From Gemmatimonadaceae bacterium (GTDB lineage: Bacteria; Gemmatimonadota; Gemmatimonadetes; Gemmatimonadales; Gemmatimonadaceae), in contig DATBRO010000268.1 in NCBI GenBank assembly GCA_036560265.1, forward strand, positions 8,508-72,507: DNA of 64,000 bases, written 5' to 3'. Under the pieces are notes generated by a model. That model saw only the letters and a list, made by a program, of their open reading frames with translations. It was not told the DNA's origin and did not search any database. Of this stretch, positions 45,325-53,996 are shown in pieces. The stretch's first letter is position 1, and each line of letters starts with the position of its first letter. The position numbers were made by a program, and so were the translations under genes.

Positions 45325-46140
45325 ATGTTGAATATGGCCCATCTGCGTTCGGTCACCATCCGCAAGCAGACGTCCAGCGCGTTCCCCTTCAACGTGCCGG
45401 CCGTTCGCACGATGCCCGAGCTTTCGTTCGACATGCCCGTCACGTTTTTCGTTGGCGAAAACGGGTCGGGGAAGAGCACGCTGCTCGAAGGCATCGCCGC
45501 GTCTGCGGGGCTGCCGACCATCGGGAGCAAGGAAGTCACCGACGATCAGACTCTGGCCGCCCAACGCGCCCTAGGTCAGGCGCTCAAGCTGGTGTGGAAC
45601 AAACGCAGCAAGAAGGGATTCTTCCTTCGCGCCGAAGATTTCTTCGGCTTCACGAAACAACTCGCGCAGATGCGCGCCGACATGCTGCAACGCATGGCCG
45701 AGATCGAAGAGGAGTACACAGACCGGTCGGACTACGCCAAGGGCCTCGCGAAAGGCCCAATGGCATCGTCGCTGGCCGACATGGAGCGGCGGTACGGCAT
45801 CGATCTCGATGCCAACTCACATGGGCAGAGCTTTCTGCGACTCTTTCAGTCGCGATTCGTCGAAGGCGGACTGTATCTCCTGGACGAACCGGAAGCGCCG
45901 CTGTCCCCGCAGAGTCAGCTCGGCCTCATGGCGATGATGACGGACATGGTCGCGCGAGATGGCCAGTTCATCGTCGCGACACACTCGCCGATTTTGCTGG
46001 CGTTTCCAGGGGCGCGAATCTTCAGCTTCGACAGTGTGCCGATTCGGCAAGTCGACTATGCGTCGCTCGAGCACGTGACGCTGACACGGGAATTTCTGAA
46101 TGCGCCGGAGCGCTACTTACGACACCTCAAAGAAACGTGA
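45325..46140 (+). CDS. Stand-alone AAA/ABC-like ATPase
   Basis: Walker A GENGSGKST, HGQSFL (signature-like), and Walker B LYLLDEPEAPLS. 271 aa with no transmembrane partner adjacent. Confidence 0.75.
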   Translation: MLNMAHLRSVTIRKQTSSAFPFNVPAVRTMPELSFDMPVTFFVGENGSGKSTLLEGIAASAGLPTIGSKEVTDDQTLAAQRALGQALKLVWNKRSKKGFFLRAEDFFGFTKQLAQMRADMLQRMAEIEEEYTDRSDYAKGLAKGPMASSLADMERRYGIDLDANSHGQSFLRLFQSRFVEGGLYLLDEPEAPLSPQSQLGLMAMMTDMVARDGQFIVATHSPILLAFPGARIFSFDSVPIRQVDYASLEHVTLTREFLNAPERYLRHLKET

Positions 46141-46144
46141 AAGC

Positions 46145-46294
46145 TCAGTGCGTCGCGGCCGGTGCTTCGCTGTGTCCCGCGTAATGCGCGTTGGTCAGGC
46201 GCACGATGGTGTACAGAATGCCGAACAGCACAATCGCGCCGAGGATGAGCCCCATGAACGCCGCGCGGGCGTCGGCCTTGTGGTCGGAATGCAT
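46145..46294 (-). CDS. Possible 49-aa single-TM protein (below ORF-track cutoff)
   Basis: Own translation: MHSDHKADARAAFMGLILGAIVLFGILYTIVRLTNAHYAGHSEAPAATH*. There is a strong G/C third-position bias. It lies 17 nt after the PPIase stop, with no clear SD. Confidence 0.4.
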   Translation of the reverse strand: MHSDHKADARAAFMGLILGAIVLFGILYTIVRLTNAHYAGHSEAPAATH

Positions 46295-46313
46295 TAGTGA
46301 TCTCGGTAGAGAA

Positions 46314-46784
46314 TCATTTGGTGTCGGCGACGCGCACTTTGTTCATGACATCATTCTGCCGAATCTGCTTCATGGCGTCGAGCCCTTTCACGATTTTGCC
46401 AAACACGGTGTGGACGCCGTTGAGATGCTTGGTGTTCGCCTCGCTCAGCACCATGAAAAACTGACTGCCGCCTGTGTCCTTGCCCGCGTGGGCCATAGAA
46501 AGCGCGCCCACTTCGTGTGTTCGTTTATTGCCCGCGGTCTCGCATTTGATCTTGTAGCCCGGACCGCCGGTTCCGACGCGGCGATCGCCCTCGGGCAAGT
46601 CGCGCGACAGCGGATCGCCTCCCTGCACGACAAAGTCCGGAATGACGCGATGAAACTTGACGCCGTCGTAAAAACCCGAGTTCGCGAGCTTCTCGAAGTT
46701 CGCGACCGTGTTCGGAGCGTCCTTGTCGTACATGTCGGCGACGATGGTGCCGCGGTTGGTTTCGAAGGTGGCTTGTTTTGGCAT
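46314..46784 (-). CDS. ppiB: Cyclophilin-type peptidyl-prolyl cis-trans isomerase
   Basis: [34 protein letters not shown] and [18 protein letters not shown] motifs. Confidence 0.9.
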   Translation of the reverse strand: MPKQATFETNRGTIVADMYDKDAPNTVANFEKLANSGFYDGVKFHRVIPDFVVQGGDPLSRDLPEGDRRVGTGGPGYKIKCETAGNKRTHEVGALSMAHAGKDTGGSQFFMVLSEANTKHLNGVHTVFGKIVKGLDAMKQIRQNDVMNKVRVADTK

Positions 46785-46794
46785 GCCAATAATC

Positions 46795-46846
46795 TAGGGA
46801 CTAGGGATTAGGGATTAGGGACTAGGGACTAGGGACTAGGGACTAG
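46795..46846. repeat. Heptamer tandem array TAGGGA(C/T) x7 plus a terminal TAG
   Basis: tagggac tagggat tagggat tagggac tagggac tagggac tagggac tag. The array fills the spacer between the TonB_C-like gene (stop at 46829-46831, inside the array) and the PPIase start (46784). Confidence 0.95.
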
Positions 46847-47296
46847 TGGTGCTCTCGTCGCCGAGAACTTGTACACGCGCGGCACTTTGCAGCCGGCCAG
46901 GAGCGCGGGCGAAAAGCGCCATTTCGAGAGCACGCTCTTCAGGTCGTCCGCGAACCACGGATTCGATGCTTCGACGATCTTGAACGTCTTCATGCTCGCC
47001 CGGCCGAAGGTATCCACTAGGACATCGACTTTTATTACCGCTCCCTTCTTGTCGACCTGGCTCCGCACGGCGATAGGCATCTTTTGAAATGGGACCGGGC
47101 TCCGACGGATTGGAGAGGGCAGCCGATCGACGTCGAGGTCGGGCTTGGCGGCGGCTCTTTTCCGCGCTTCGACACAGTCGCCGTAGGACACGCCGCTGCC
47201 GCCGCCCATCGGCCGCGCAGCCACCTCTTCGAGGCCGGGATCGTGGCGACAAGCGACGAGCATCGAGAAGCCGGCAATTCGACAAAAGTGTTTCAC
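46829..47296 (-). CDS. Lipoprotein with TonB C-terminal-like domain
   Basis: Lipobox FSMLVAC. The C-terminus has KGAVIKVDVLVDTFGRA...LKSVLSKWRFSPALLAGCKVPRVYKF, which resembles TonB_C. GTG start at 47294-47296. Confidence 0.55.
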   Translation of the reverse strand: MKHFCRIAGFSMLVACRHDPGLEEVAARPMGGGSGVSYGDCVEARKRAAAKPDLDVDRLPSPIRRSPVPFQKMPIAVRSQVDKKGAVIKVDVLVDTFGRASMKTFKIVEASNPWFADDLKSVLSKWRFSPALLAGCKVPRVYKFSATRAPLVPSP

Positions 47297-47297
47297 G

Positions 47298-47999
47298 CTA
47301 AACCCGGGATGACGGGCAGAGATCGCTCACCACGCACTTCTCGCATAACGGTTTGCGTGCGTCGCAGATCTCGCGGCCGTGTGAGATGAGGAGATGCGCG
47401 AGCATCGTCCATTGCTCGCGGGGAAAGAGCGTCATCAGGTCCTGCTCGATTTTGACGGGCTCAGTTTCCCGACTCAATGCTAATCGCTGGCTCAACCGCG
47501 CCACATGCGTGTCGACAACGACGCCTTCATTGCGACCGAACGCGTTTCCAAGGACGACGTTCGCCGTCTTCCGGCCGACGCCGGGAAGCTTCACCAGCTG
47601 CTCCATCGTTTCCGGGACGGCACCGGCGAGAGCCTCCGAGACCGCGCGCGACATTCCCAAAAGACTTTTGGTTTTGTTCCGGAAGAATCCGGTGCTCTTG
47701 ATCATCTCCTGAAGATCCTCAGGATTCGCCTCCGACATCGCCTTCGGATCGGGATATTTCGCGAACAGCGCCGGTGTCACCATGTTGACGCGCTTGTCGG
47801 TGCACTGTGCGCTCAAAATCGTCGCGACGAGCAGCTCATAGGGATTACGATGGTCGAGGGCGCACTTCGCGTCGGGATACTCCGCCGCAAGACGACGGTA
47901 GATCTCGGGCGCGCGCTCGGCCGCCGGTGCGAAGCGCTTGCTCTTGCGCGGCGCCGTCTTGCGGACGACCGCTTTCTTGCGCGCGGGCTTCCGCTTCAT
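47298..47999 (-). CDS. nth: Endonuclease III (DNA glycosylase/AP lyase)
   Basis: LVATILSAQCTDKRVN, the HhH-GPD motif LPGVGRKTANVVL, and a C-terminal 4Fe-4S cluster motif CDARKPLCEKCVVSDLC. The ATG at 47997-47999 overlaps the polX stop (ATGA). Confidence 0.9.
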   Translation of the reverse strand: MKRKPARKKAVVRKTAPRKSKRFAPAAERAPEIYRRLAAEYPDAKCALDHRNPYELLVATILSAQCTDKRVNMVTPALFAKYPDPKAMSEANPEDLQEMIKSTGFFRNKTKSLLGMSRAVSEALAGAVPETMEQLVKLPGVGRKTANVVLGNAFGRNEGVVVDTHVARLSQRLALSRETEPVKIEQDLMTLFPREQWTMLAHLLISHGREICDARKPLCEKCVVSDLCPSSRV

Positions 48000-49717
48000 T
48001 GCCTGCGTCGTTTGGCAAACGCCACGACATCGGATGCGTCGCCCGTGTTCAGGACGTCGCCGCGCTCCAACCATCCTTTGCGCGCCATCGCGACTCCAAG
48101 CTCAGTCCAGTCCAATGCGGCCTGCGAATGCGCGTCCGGTCCAATCTCGATCGCGACGTTGAGCTCTTTGGCGCGCCGGAGATGTCGCCAGTCGAGGTCC
48201 AGACGTTTCGGGTCCGCGTTGACCTCAACGGCGACCCCCACCTCGGCCGCCTTCTGCAGCACGGCTTCGACGTCGAGTGCGTACGCATCTCGCGACAACA
48301 ATAACCGTCCAGTCGGATGCGCGAGGATCGTCGTGTGGGGATCGTCCATTGCGTGAAGCACGCGCTCCGTCATGGCGTGTCCGTCCATCTTGAAGCGCGA
48401 GTGGATGGAGGCGATGACGTAGTCAAAACGACCAAGCAGCTCTTCGTCGTAATCCAGACGACCGTCGGCAAGAATGTCCGCCTCGACTCCCTTGAGCACG
48501 CGAAACCCGGTAAGCGTCGCATTGAGCGCGTCGATCTCATCGTGTTGCTCGAGCATCAACTCCCGGGACACGCCGGAAGCATAGAAGGCCGCCTGCGAAT
48601 GATCCGAGATCCCGATGTAGCTCCAGCCTTTCTTTCGCGCCGCTTCCGCCATCTCGGCGATGCCAGCCTTGCCGTCGGAGTAGCGCGAGTGACAGTGCAG
48701 TACACCGCGAAGGTCTTCCGGTTCGATCAGCCGCGGTAGAGCGCCGACCGCACCGGCTTCGACTTCGCCGACGTCCTCACGCAGCTCGGGCGCGATCCAA
48801 GGAAGGCCGGCGGCCGCATACACTGCGGCCTCGTCGTCGCATACGACCGCGCGGTCCTGCGAATCGACAAGAGAATCCCCAACGAGGCGCATACCGCGCG
48901 TTGTCATCCGCTCCTGCACACGCTGTACGTGTGCGCTGCTCCCGGTGGTGCGCCAAAAGGCAACCGCGAAATCGGCGGAAGCTACGCAATACAAATCGAG
49001 CTTCGTGCCGTCGATGTAGCGAATCGTCGCGAAACCACCCGCGCCGGACGCCGATTTGACGCCGGCGATACGGGTGAAGGATTGAGCCACCTGCTCCGGC
49101 CAGGCGCACGCCGCAACGATGTCGACGTCACCGATGACCTCGCGACGTCGCCGAATCGAGCCCGCGATTTCGGCGCGCGCGACGTGCGGATGTGACCTCA
49201 CTGACGCGAGCAGCGCATTTGCTTGCGCGACCGCGTGCGGATAGAGGGTGAACACGGCGGCGTCTCGACTGAACGCGATGCCGGCGAGGATCTTTCGCGC
49301 CATTTTCGGACCCATGCCTTTGACGTTCGCGAGGCGACCGTCCTGTGCCGCCGACTCAAGGTCCGCAAGCGAAGCGATGCCGAGCTCCTGGTGCAGCTTG
49401 TGGATCTTCTCGACGCCGAGTCCAGGTACACCCATCAATTCGAGCAGTCCTTCTGGCGTCGCTTCGCGGAGCTGCTCGAGATACCGCGACTCGCCCGTCT
49501 CCACGAGATCGCGGACGACGGCGAGCGTCGCCGGTCCCAGTCCACGAACCTTGCTCAGCTCACCGGAGCGAAGCAGCGGCGCCAAGTCATCCGTACCGAG
49601 AGCCAGCAGGCTGCGCGCCGCCATCTGATACGCGCGTGACTTGAACCGGTTCTCGCCCGCCAGCTCCAGAAAAGCCGCGATCTGCGAGAGAACTTGCGCG
49701 GCGCTTCTCGAGTCCAT
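47996..49717 (-). CDS. polX: Family X DNA polymerase with C-terminal PHP phosphoesterase domain
   Basis: N-terminal HhH/8-kDa-like region and Pol-beta-like core (GSIRRRREVIGDVDIV). PHP motifs follow (GVLHCHSRYSDG, ISDHS). Confidence 0.85.
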   Translation of the reverse strand: MDSRSAAQVLSQIAAFLELAGENRFKSRAYQMAARSLLALGTDDLAPLLRSGELSKVRGLGPATLAVVRDLVETGESRYLEQLREATPEGLLELMGVPGLGVEKIHKLHQELGIASLADLESAAQDGRLANVKGMGPKMARKILAGIAFSRDAAVFTLYPHAVAQANALLASVRSHPHVARAEIAGSIRRRREVIGDVDIVAACAWPEQVAQSFTRIAGVKSASGAGGFATIRYIDGTKLDLYCVASADFAVAFWRTTGSSAHVQRVQERMTTRGMRLVGDSLVDSQDRAVVCDDEAAVYAAAGLPWIAPELREDVGEVEAGAVGALPRLIEPEDLRGVLHCHSRYSDGKAGIAEMAEAARKKGWSYIGISDHSQAAFYASGVSRELMLEQHDEIDALNATLTGFRVLKGVEADILADGRLDYDEELLGRFDYVIASIHSRFKMDGHAMTERVLHAMDDPHTTILAHPTGRLLLSRDAYALDVEAVLQKAAEVGVAVEVNADPKRLDLDWRHLRRAKELNVAIEIGPDAHSQAALDWTELGVAMARKGWLERGDVLNTGDASDVVAFAKRRRQ

Positions 49718-49726
49718 GCTGAAAAA

Positions 49727-49749
49727 TAGGGACTAGGGACTAGTCCCTA
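49727..49749. repeat. TAGGGAC TAGGGAC TAG TCCCTA, a second locus of the TAGGGAC heptamer, ending in a 16-nt perfect palindrome
   Basis: tagggactagtcccta (49734-49749) is its own reverse complement. The upstream gene's stop (49747-49749) lies inside it, and the polX ATG is 9 nt away. Confidence 0.9.
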
Positions 49750-50205
49750 CTTCTCGCCCTCGACGCCCGCGTGGTAACGCAAGCGTTCGACCAGCTCGTG
49801 CAGCTGCTTCTCGGTAAGCTCCACCTCCTGCGCGGCGCCCTCCTCGTCCAGCAGCCCGGCGCGCATCGAAATGGAGACCTGGTTCAGGTACCGAATCTTC
49901 GAAAGGATCTCGTCGGTGGCGCGTCTCAGCTCGAAGTACCGCCGCCGCTCCGCGATGGCGCGCCGATAACGGAGCGCGAGCTCGGGCGGCGTAAGGCGTT
50001 GCGCGAGCGCGACGACCTCATCGCGACTGCGGCCGCCCATGGCGCCGCGATCGGGAAGTCCGGAGTCGGCGAGCTTCTCATCGGCGAACCAGAGCCGGCC
50101 GACATACTCGATTCCATCGAACGCGATGCGACACGACACGTCCAGTCGCCTGCCATCGTGCTCGATGGTCGCGATGTGCGGCTGGATGATATCGTGGAGT
50201 GGCAT
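49747..50205 (-). CDS. Hypothetical protein
   Basis: 152 aa from the ATG at 50203-50205 (MPLHDIIQPH...), 2 nt after the hydrolase stop. No family recognised. G/C third-position bias supports coding. Confidence 0.5.
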   Translation of the reverse strand: MPLHDIIQPHIATIEHDGRRLDVSCRIAFDGIEYVGRLWFADEKLADSGLPDRGAMGGRSRDEVVALAQRLTPPELALRYRRAIAERRRYFELRRATDEILSKIRYLNQVSISMRAGLLDEEGAAQEVELTEKQLHELVERLRYHAGVEGEK

Positions 50206-50207
50206 GG

Positions 50208-51107
50208 CTACGGCTGCGTACTGTCCCACTCGAGAAAACTCTCGATCGCGCCGAAAAGCGCGGCGGGCTGTTCGACATACGGTACATGCCCGCAATTCTC
50301 GAGCACGACGAGCCGTGCTCCCATGTGTTTGGCCAAGGCTTCGGAGGATGCGAGGGGGATCGGATCCTGCCGGCCGTGCACGACGAGCGTCGATTCAAAA
50401 TAGGACGCCAAGCTTTCGTCGGCGGAGAGATCGAAATCGCCAAGGCTATCCCAGACAGATTGTTGCACGCGCGCCGTGACGCGGAACGGCGTGAGGTCCT
50501 GCGCGGATCGCGGATCAGCGAAGTAGCCAGCGACGCTCAGCTCGAAGTTCCTCTGTCGGTACGCATCCAGATCCCGTTCGCGGAGGTGGGATTCCGCGAG
50601 CTCGGCGCGGAGCCGCTCGACATCGGGGCTCTGTTGTCGTCGAGCAAACTCCTGCTCGAATTGCCTCCGATACTGTCGGGAGATTGGCGCGGGGTCAATG
50701 AGCAGAAGCGGGGGACCATGACGCTTCGCCCGAATGCTCTCCGCCGCATAGAGCAGCGCCAGCATGCCCCCCCACGAATAGCCGACGATGGGCGACCATT
50801 CGAGGTCGAATTCGCCGATCACTGCGGCGAGATCCCGCACGTGTGTCTGCCACGTGATCGGCTCTTGGCTGCCGGTCTTCGAGCGGCCGCCGCCACGCTG
50901 ATCGTAGAAGAGGAGCTCGCGCCCGCCGTGTACGTCGGTAAGCGCGAGCATCTGCGGCAAGAGGTAGTCGTGATGCGCTCCGGGTCCGCCGTGAAGAACG
51001 ACCATGGGCGGCTTGCCCCGCGCGCCGTACTTCGCCCAGTAGAGCGGAACCTCAGTCGACCGCGTCACGCCGTATGATGTGGGCGGAGGAATGGGTCGAG
51101 GCGCCAT
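50208..51107 (-). CDS. Alpha/beta hydrolase (proline iminopeptidase-like)
   Basis: VVLHGGPGAHHDY, the YDQRGGGRS motif, and the nucleophile elbow GYSWGG. Confidence 0.75.
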   Translation of the reverse strand: MAPRPIPPPTSYGVTRSTEVPLYWAKYGARGKPPMVVLHGGPGAHHDYLLPQMLALTDVHGGRELLFYDQRGGGRSKTGSQEPITWQTHVRDLAAVIGEFDLEWSPIVGYSWGGMLALLYAAESIRAKRHGPPLLLIDPAPISRQYRRQFEQEFARRQQSPDVERLRAELAESHLRERDLDAYRQRNFELSVAGYFADPRSAQDLTPFRVTARVQQSVWDSLGDFDLSADESLASYFESTLVVHGRQDPIPLASSEALAKHMGARLVVLENCGHVPYVEQPAALFGAIESFLEWDSTQP

Positions 51108-51175
51108 TCAAGAAAAAGTACTCGGCAGCGGCTTTGCCGCTGGTCCGTGCTCGGCGGCGGTGCGCGCCGGTCGTG

Positions 51176-53896
51176 CTATCGCGCGAGCCAGTAGTTGATC
51201 TTGATAAGGAAAATGTTGTCCGGATGCGCGGAAAAGAGCTCCTGACGATCGCGCGCGAAATCGAAGTTGCCGACGCCGACGGCCGCGTCCTGCTGACGCG
51301 ACTGAGTCCACACCACGAAGAGGGTCGACCCCGGACGATATTCCCACCTATAGACGGCGTTACCGCGCAACGACCGACTGTTGAAGTCCGGATTGGCAAT
51401 CGTGAACGCGGCCGCGGGACCGGCACCGTCCGGATCGATGGTATACTGCGTGATGCGTCCCTGTGCGTTCGCCGTCTGGGTGAGGGTGCCTTTGTCCCGG
51501 CCGAACAAGCTCTTCTTCAGTGAACGGGGCTGGTCGAATTCCTTGAAGGCGAAGTAGTGACCGCTCGCGATGAAGGGCTGAGTGAAGAGCTCGAGCGTCA
51601 TCGTCGGAGAGAACGTCCAATTCACGCGGGTATCGAGCGACAGCACGCGCTGGTCGAGTCCCGCCAGGATATAGCGTCGTCCGAAGAACGTCGTCGCGGT
51701 AACGTCGTCGACGGACCTGACGAATTGCTGCACCGATTGCGACGTACTGTAGCTCGGCCCCAGCGAGAGCAGCACGTTCGGCCTCGGGCGATAGTCCACA
51801 TTGATGGCAGGCGAGAAACCCCATCCGCCTTCGGCGTTCCACCCGTAGTTGGGAAAGAGACCGAAGGAGAATGCCTTGCGCGAATCGGAATTGATGTTGA
51901 GCGCCACGAAGTCGTTCGCCGGCTTCATGGAGACGGGACCGCCGCGAAGCTGCTTGTCGTCGAGCGAAGCTGGATGATGGATGACGAAGCCCGACAGGTT
52001 CCAGAAGTTGAGCGTCCTTCCACCCAAGAAGTAGTGAAACTGCCGGTCGATGAGATCCCCCTCCCAGTCGTACCGCTGCTGCGCGCCGAGGATCGTGAAC
52101 AGGTTGCGATACCACGTCGTCGGTTTGTTCCAGTTGCGCAGGACGTTGGCGTTCATCCAGTAGTAGTCCGCGTCGCGTTGGAAAGCGATGTCGTTCACTT
52201 CATAACCGGTCGTGCGCGTGTTGGCCTGCGCTTCCCAATTGAGGTCGCCGCCGTCTTTCGCAATCCGGAGGTACGCCGCGAGTCCGTGCAGCGACGTCGC
52301 CGAAGGGTCATACGAGCCCGGGTCCCTGTCGGGCCGCTGGAGATACCGCGCGGGCGAACGTTGAACGCGCCCAATCGCGATCGAGTCGCCACCGACATTG
52401 GACAGCGCGACCTGGCTCATGATGTCGTACGTCCTGTTCTTGAACGTGTACAACATGTCCGCGCCGACCATCTCCGCATGCCTGTTCATACGCTTCGCGA
52501 AGACGGTGTCGAGCGACCGCGCGACGGAGGTCCCGATGGCCCCGACGACAAGATTCCCGTTCAGAAAGTCGCGCTTGAGGCGACCCACGATGTAGTTGGC
52601 GGGCGGCTCCACCAGTTGGTCGAAGCGCGCCTGCGACAGCGAGTCGAATACGGCGGCGTGTTCGCGGCGCGTGTACGCGTTCATCAGGCCGATCGTATAG
52701 CCCTTCTTCGTGCGGCCGGTGAGCTTTGCGGCGCCGACGATCGTGGAGTTGTCGGGCGTGTCGACGAACTGTCCCCTCCCATAGGCGAGGTCGTTGCCGG
52801 TCGGGGCGCGTCCGATGCGACGCGAGTAAAAGGACTCGATGGAAGAGACGTTGCTGCAGAAATAGCAACTGAAGGACCCGAACCCAAAGACTCCCGAGCC
52901 CTCGACGAAGAAGGGGCGCTTTTCCTGGAAGAACGTTTCGTACTGACTGAGGTTCACGACGGCGGGATCGACCTCGACCTGACCGAAGTCGGGATTCAGG
53001 GTTGCCGAGAGCTGCAGGTTCGAGGTGACCGAGTATTTGAGGTCGGCTCCGGCGCGCGCATTCTGCAAGCTGCCGTCGTTGAACGGGTCCTTGCTGCTCT
53101 CCGGACGCACGTACTTCGATCGCGTGACCACGTACGGCAGCAGCTCGAAATGGCGTGGCGCGCTTCCGATTCGGATGCCTTCGAGGTGGCCGAATCGCGC
53201 AGGGCCGCCGGCCTCGTTCTTATGCCAGAACGACCACATCGATTCCTCGTTGCGGCGATGGATGAAGCGGCGAATCTGAAGTCCCCACGTCTGCTCCGGA
53301 TCGCGCGAGAACCGCAGCTGGGAAAACGGGATGCGCATCTCCGCGACCCAGCCCAACGAATCGATGCGGGTCGCCGCTTCCCATATACCGTCCCAGGAGC
53401 CGTCCGGGTTCGACGCACCGATGCCGAGCGCGTCGAACTTCGATCCGGACGGGTTCACCTGGAAGAACGCGCGGCCAAGGTGATCGTGGTACGCGTCGAT
53501 CACGACCTGGAAGTAATCCGATTGCATGTCGGCGTCGCGTCGGACGAGCCGAGTTCTGATCGCGCCCGGCGTCCTGTCGAACATGCGGGCGCCGATATAC
53601 AGCGCGTCTTCGTCGAACAGGATATGGACTTCGGTGCGCTCGGTTGCGGGCTTGCCTTCGTCCGGATCGAATTGCGTGAACTCCGTGATCGGTACTCCCG
53701 CGCTCCAGGCAACTTCGTCGAGTCGGCCGTCCAACACGATCGGACCGGATCGCGGAACGGCGCGGGTAGCGGGGACTGGGACTTCGTGGCCGTTCCGCGA
53801 TATGGCGGACGCTGCAGCTTGGCTGAACGCGACCGCGGGGGAGAGCGGGCCAACGACAACTGCGGTCAGGACGAGGGCGCGCAGTCTGCTCAGCAT
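51176..53896 (-). CDS. Large secreted CBM9-like / DUF5916-type beta-rich protein
   Basis: Signal peptide, then IVLDGRLDEVAWSAGVPITEFTQFDPDEGKPATERTEVHILFDEDALYIGARMFD, typical of carbohydrate-binding-family-9-like proteins with a DUF5916 barrel. 906 aa. Confidence 0.65.
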   Translation of the reverse strand: MLSRLRALVLTAVVVGPLSPAVAFSQAAASAISRNGHEVPVPATRAVPRSGPIVLDGRLDEVAWSAGVPITEFTQFDPDEGKPATERTEVHILFDEDALYIGARMFDRTPGAIRTRLVRRDADMQSDYFQVVIDAYHDHLGRAFFQVNPSGSKFDALGIGASNPDGSWDGIWEAATRIDSLGWVAEMRIPFSQLRFSRDPEQTWGLQIRRFIHRRNEESMWSFWHKNEAGGPARFGHLEGIRIGSAPRHFELLPYVVTRSKYVRPESSKDPFNDGSLQNARAGADLKYSVTSNLQLSATLNPDFGQVEVDPAVVNLSQYETFFQEKRPFFVEGSGVFGFGSFSCYFCSNVSSIESFYSRRIGRAPTGNDLAYGRGQFVDTPDNSTIVGAAKLTGRTKKGYTIGLMNAYTRREHAAVFDSLSQARFDQLVEPPANYIVGRLKRDFLNGNLVVGAIGTSVARSLDTVFAKRMNRHAEMVGADMLYTFKNRTYDIMSQVALSNVGGDSIAIGRVQRSPARYLQRPDRDPGSYDPSATSLHGLAAYLRIAKDGGDLNWEAQANTRTTGYEVNDIAFQRDADYYWMNANVLRNWNKPTTWYRNLFTILGAQQRYDWEGDLIDRQFHYFLGGRTLNFWNLSGFVIHHPASLDDKQLRGGPVSMKPANDFVALNINSDSRKAFSFGLFPNYGWNAEGGWGFSPAINVDYRPRPNVLLSLGPSYSTSQSVQQFVRSVDDVTATTFFGRRYILAGLDQRVLSLDTRVNWTFSPTMTLELFTQPFIASGHYFAFKEFDQPRSLKKSLFGRDKGTLTQTANAQGRITQYTIDPDGAGPAAAFTIANPDFNSRSLRGNAVYRWEYRPGSTLFVVWTQSRQQDAAVGVGNFDFARDRQELFSAHPDNIFLIKINYWLAR

Positions 53897-53996
53897 TTTG
53901 GGCGGCTCGAGGGCGTGACGGACTGCCGAATGAACGATTAGACGCAGGTCAGGGCGAAAAGGTTGCGCTGGCGTCGTACTGCTCGGCGTCCTTCAG

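Noticed and set aside
46795-46846. Possible CRISPR array or telomere-like sequence (TAGGGAC/TTAGGG repeats; also 61591-61635 and 146-173).
   Set aside because: The units are 7 nt and directly tandem with no spacers, so this is not a CRISPR array. No cas genes are present. The arrays are internal and short and lie between ordinary genes, so they are not chromosome ends. I kept them as repeat elements instead.
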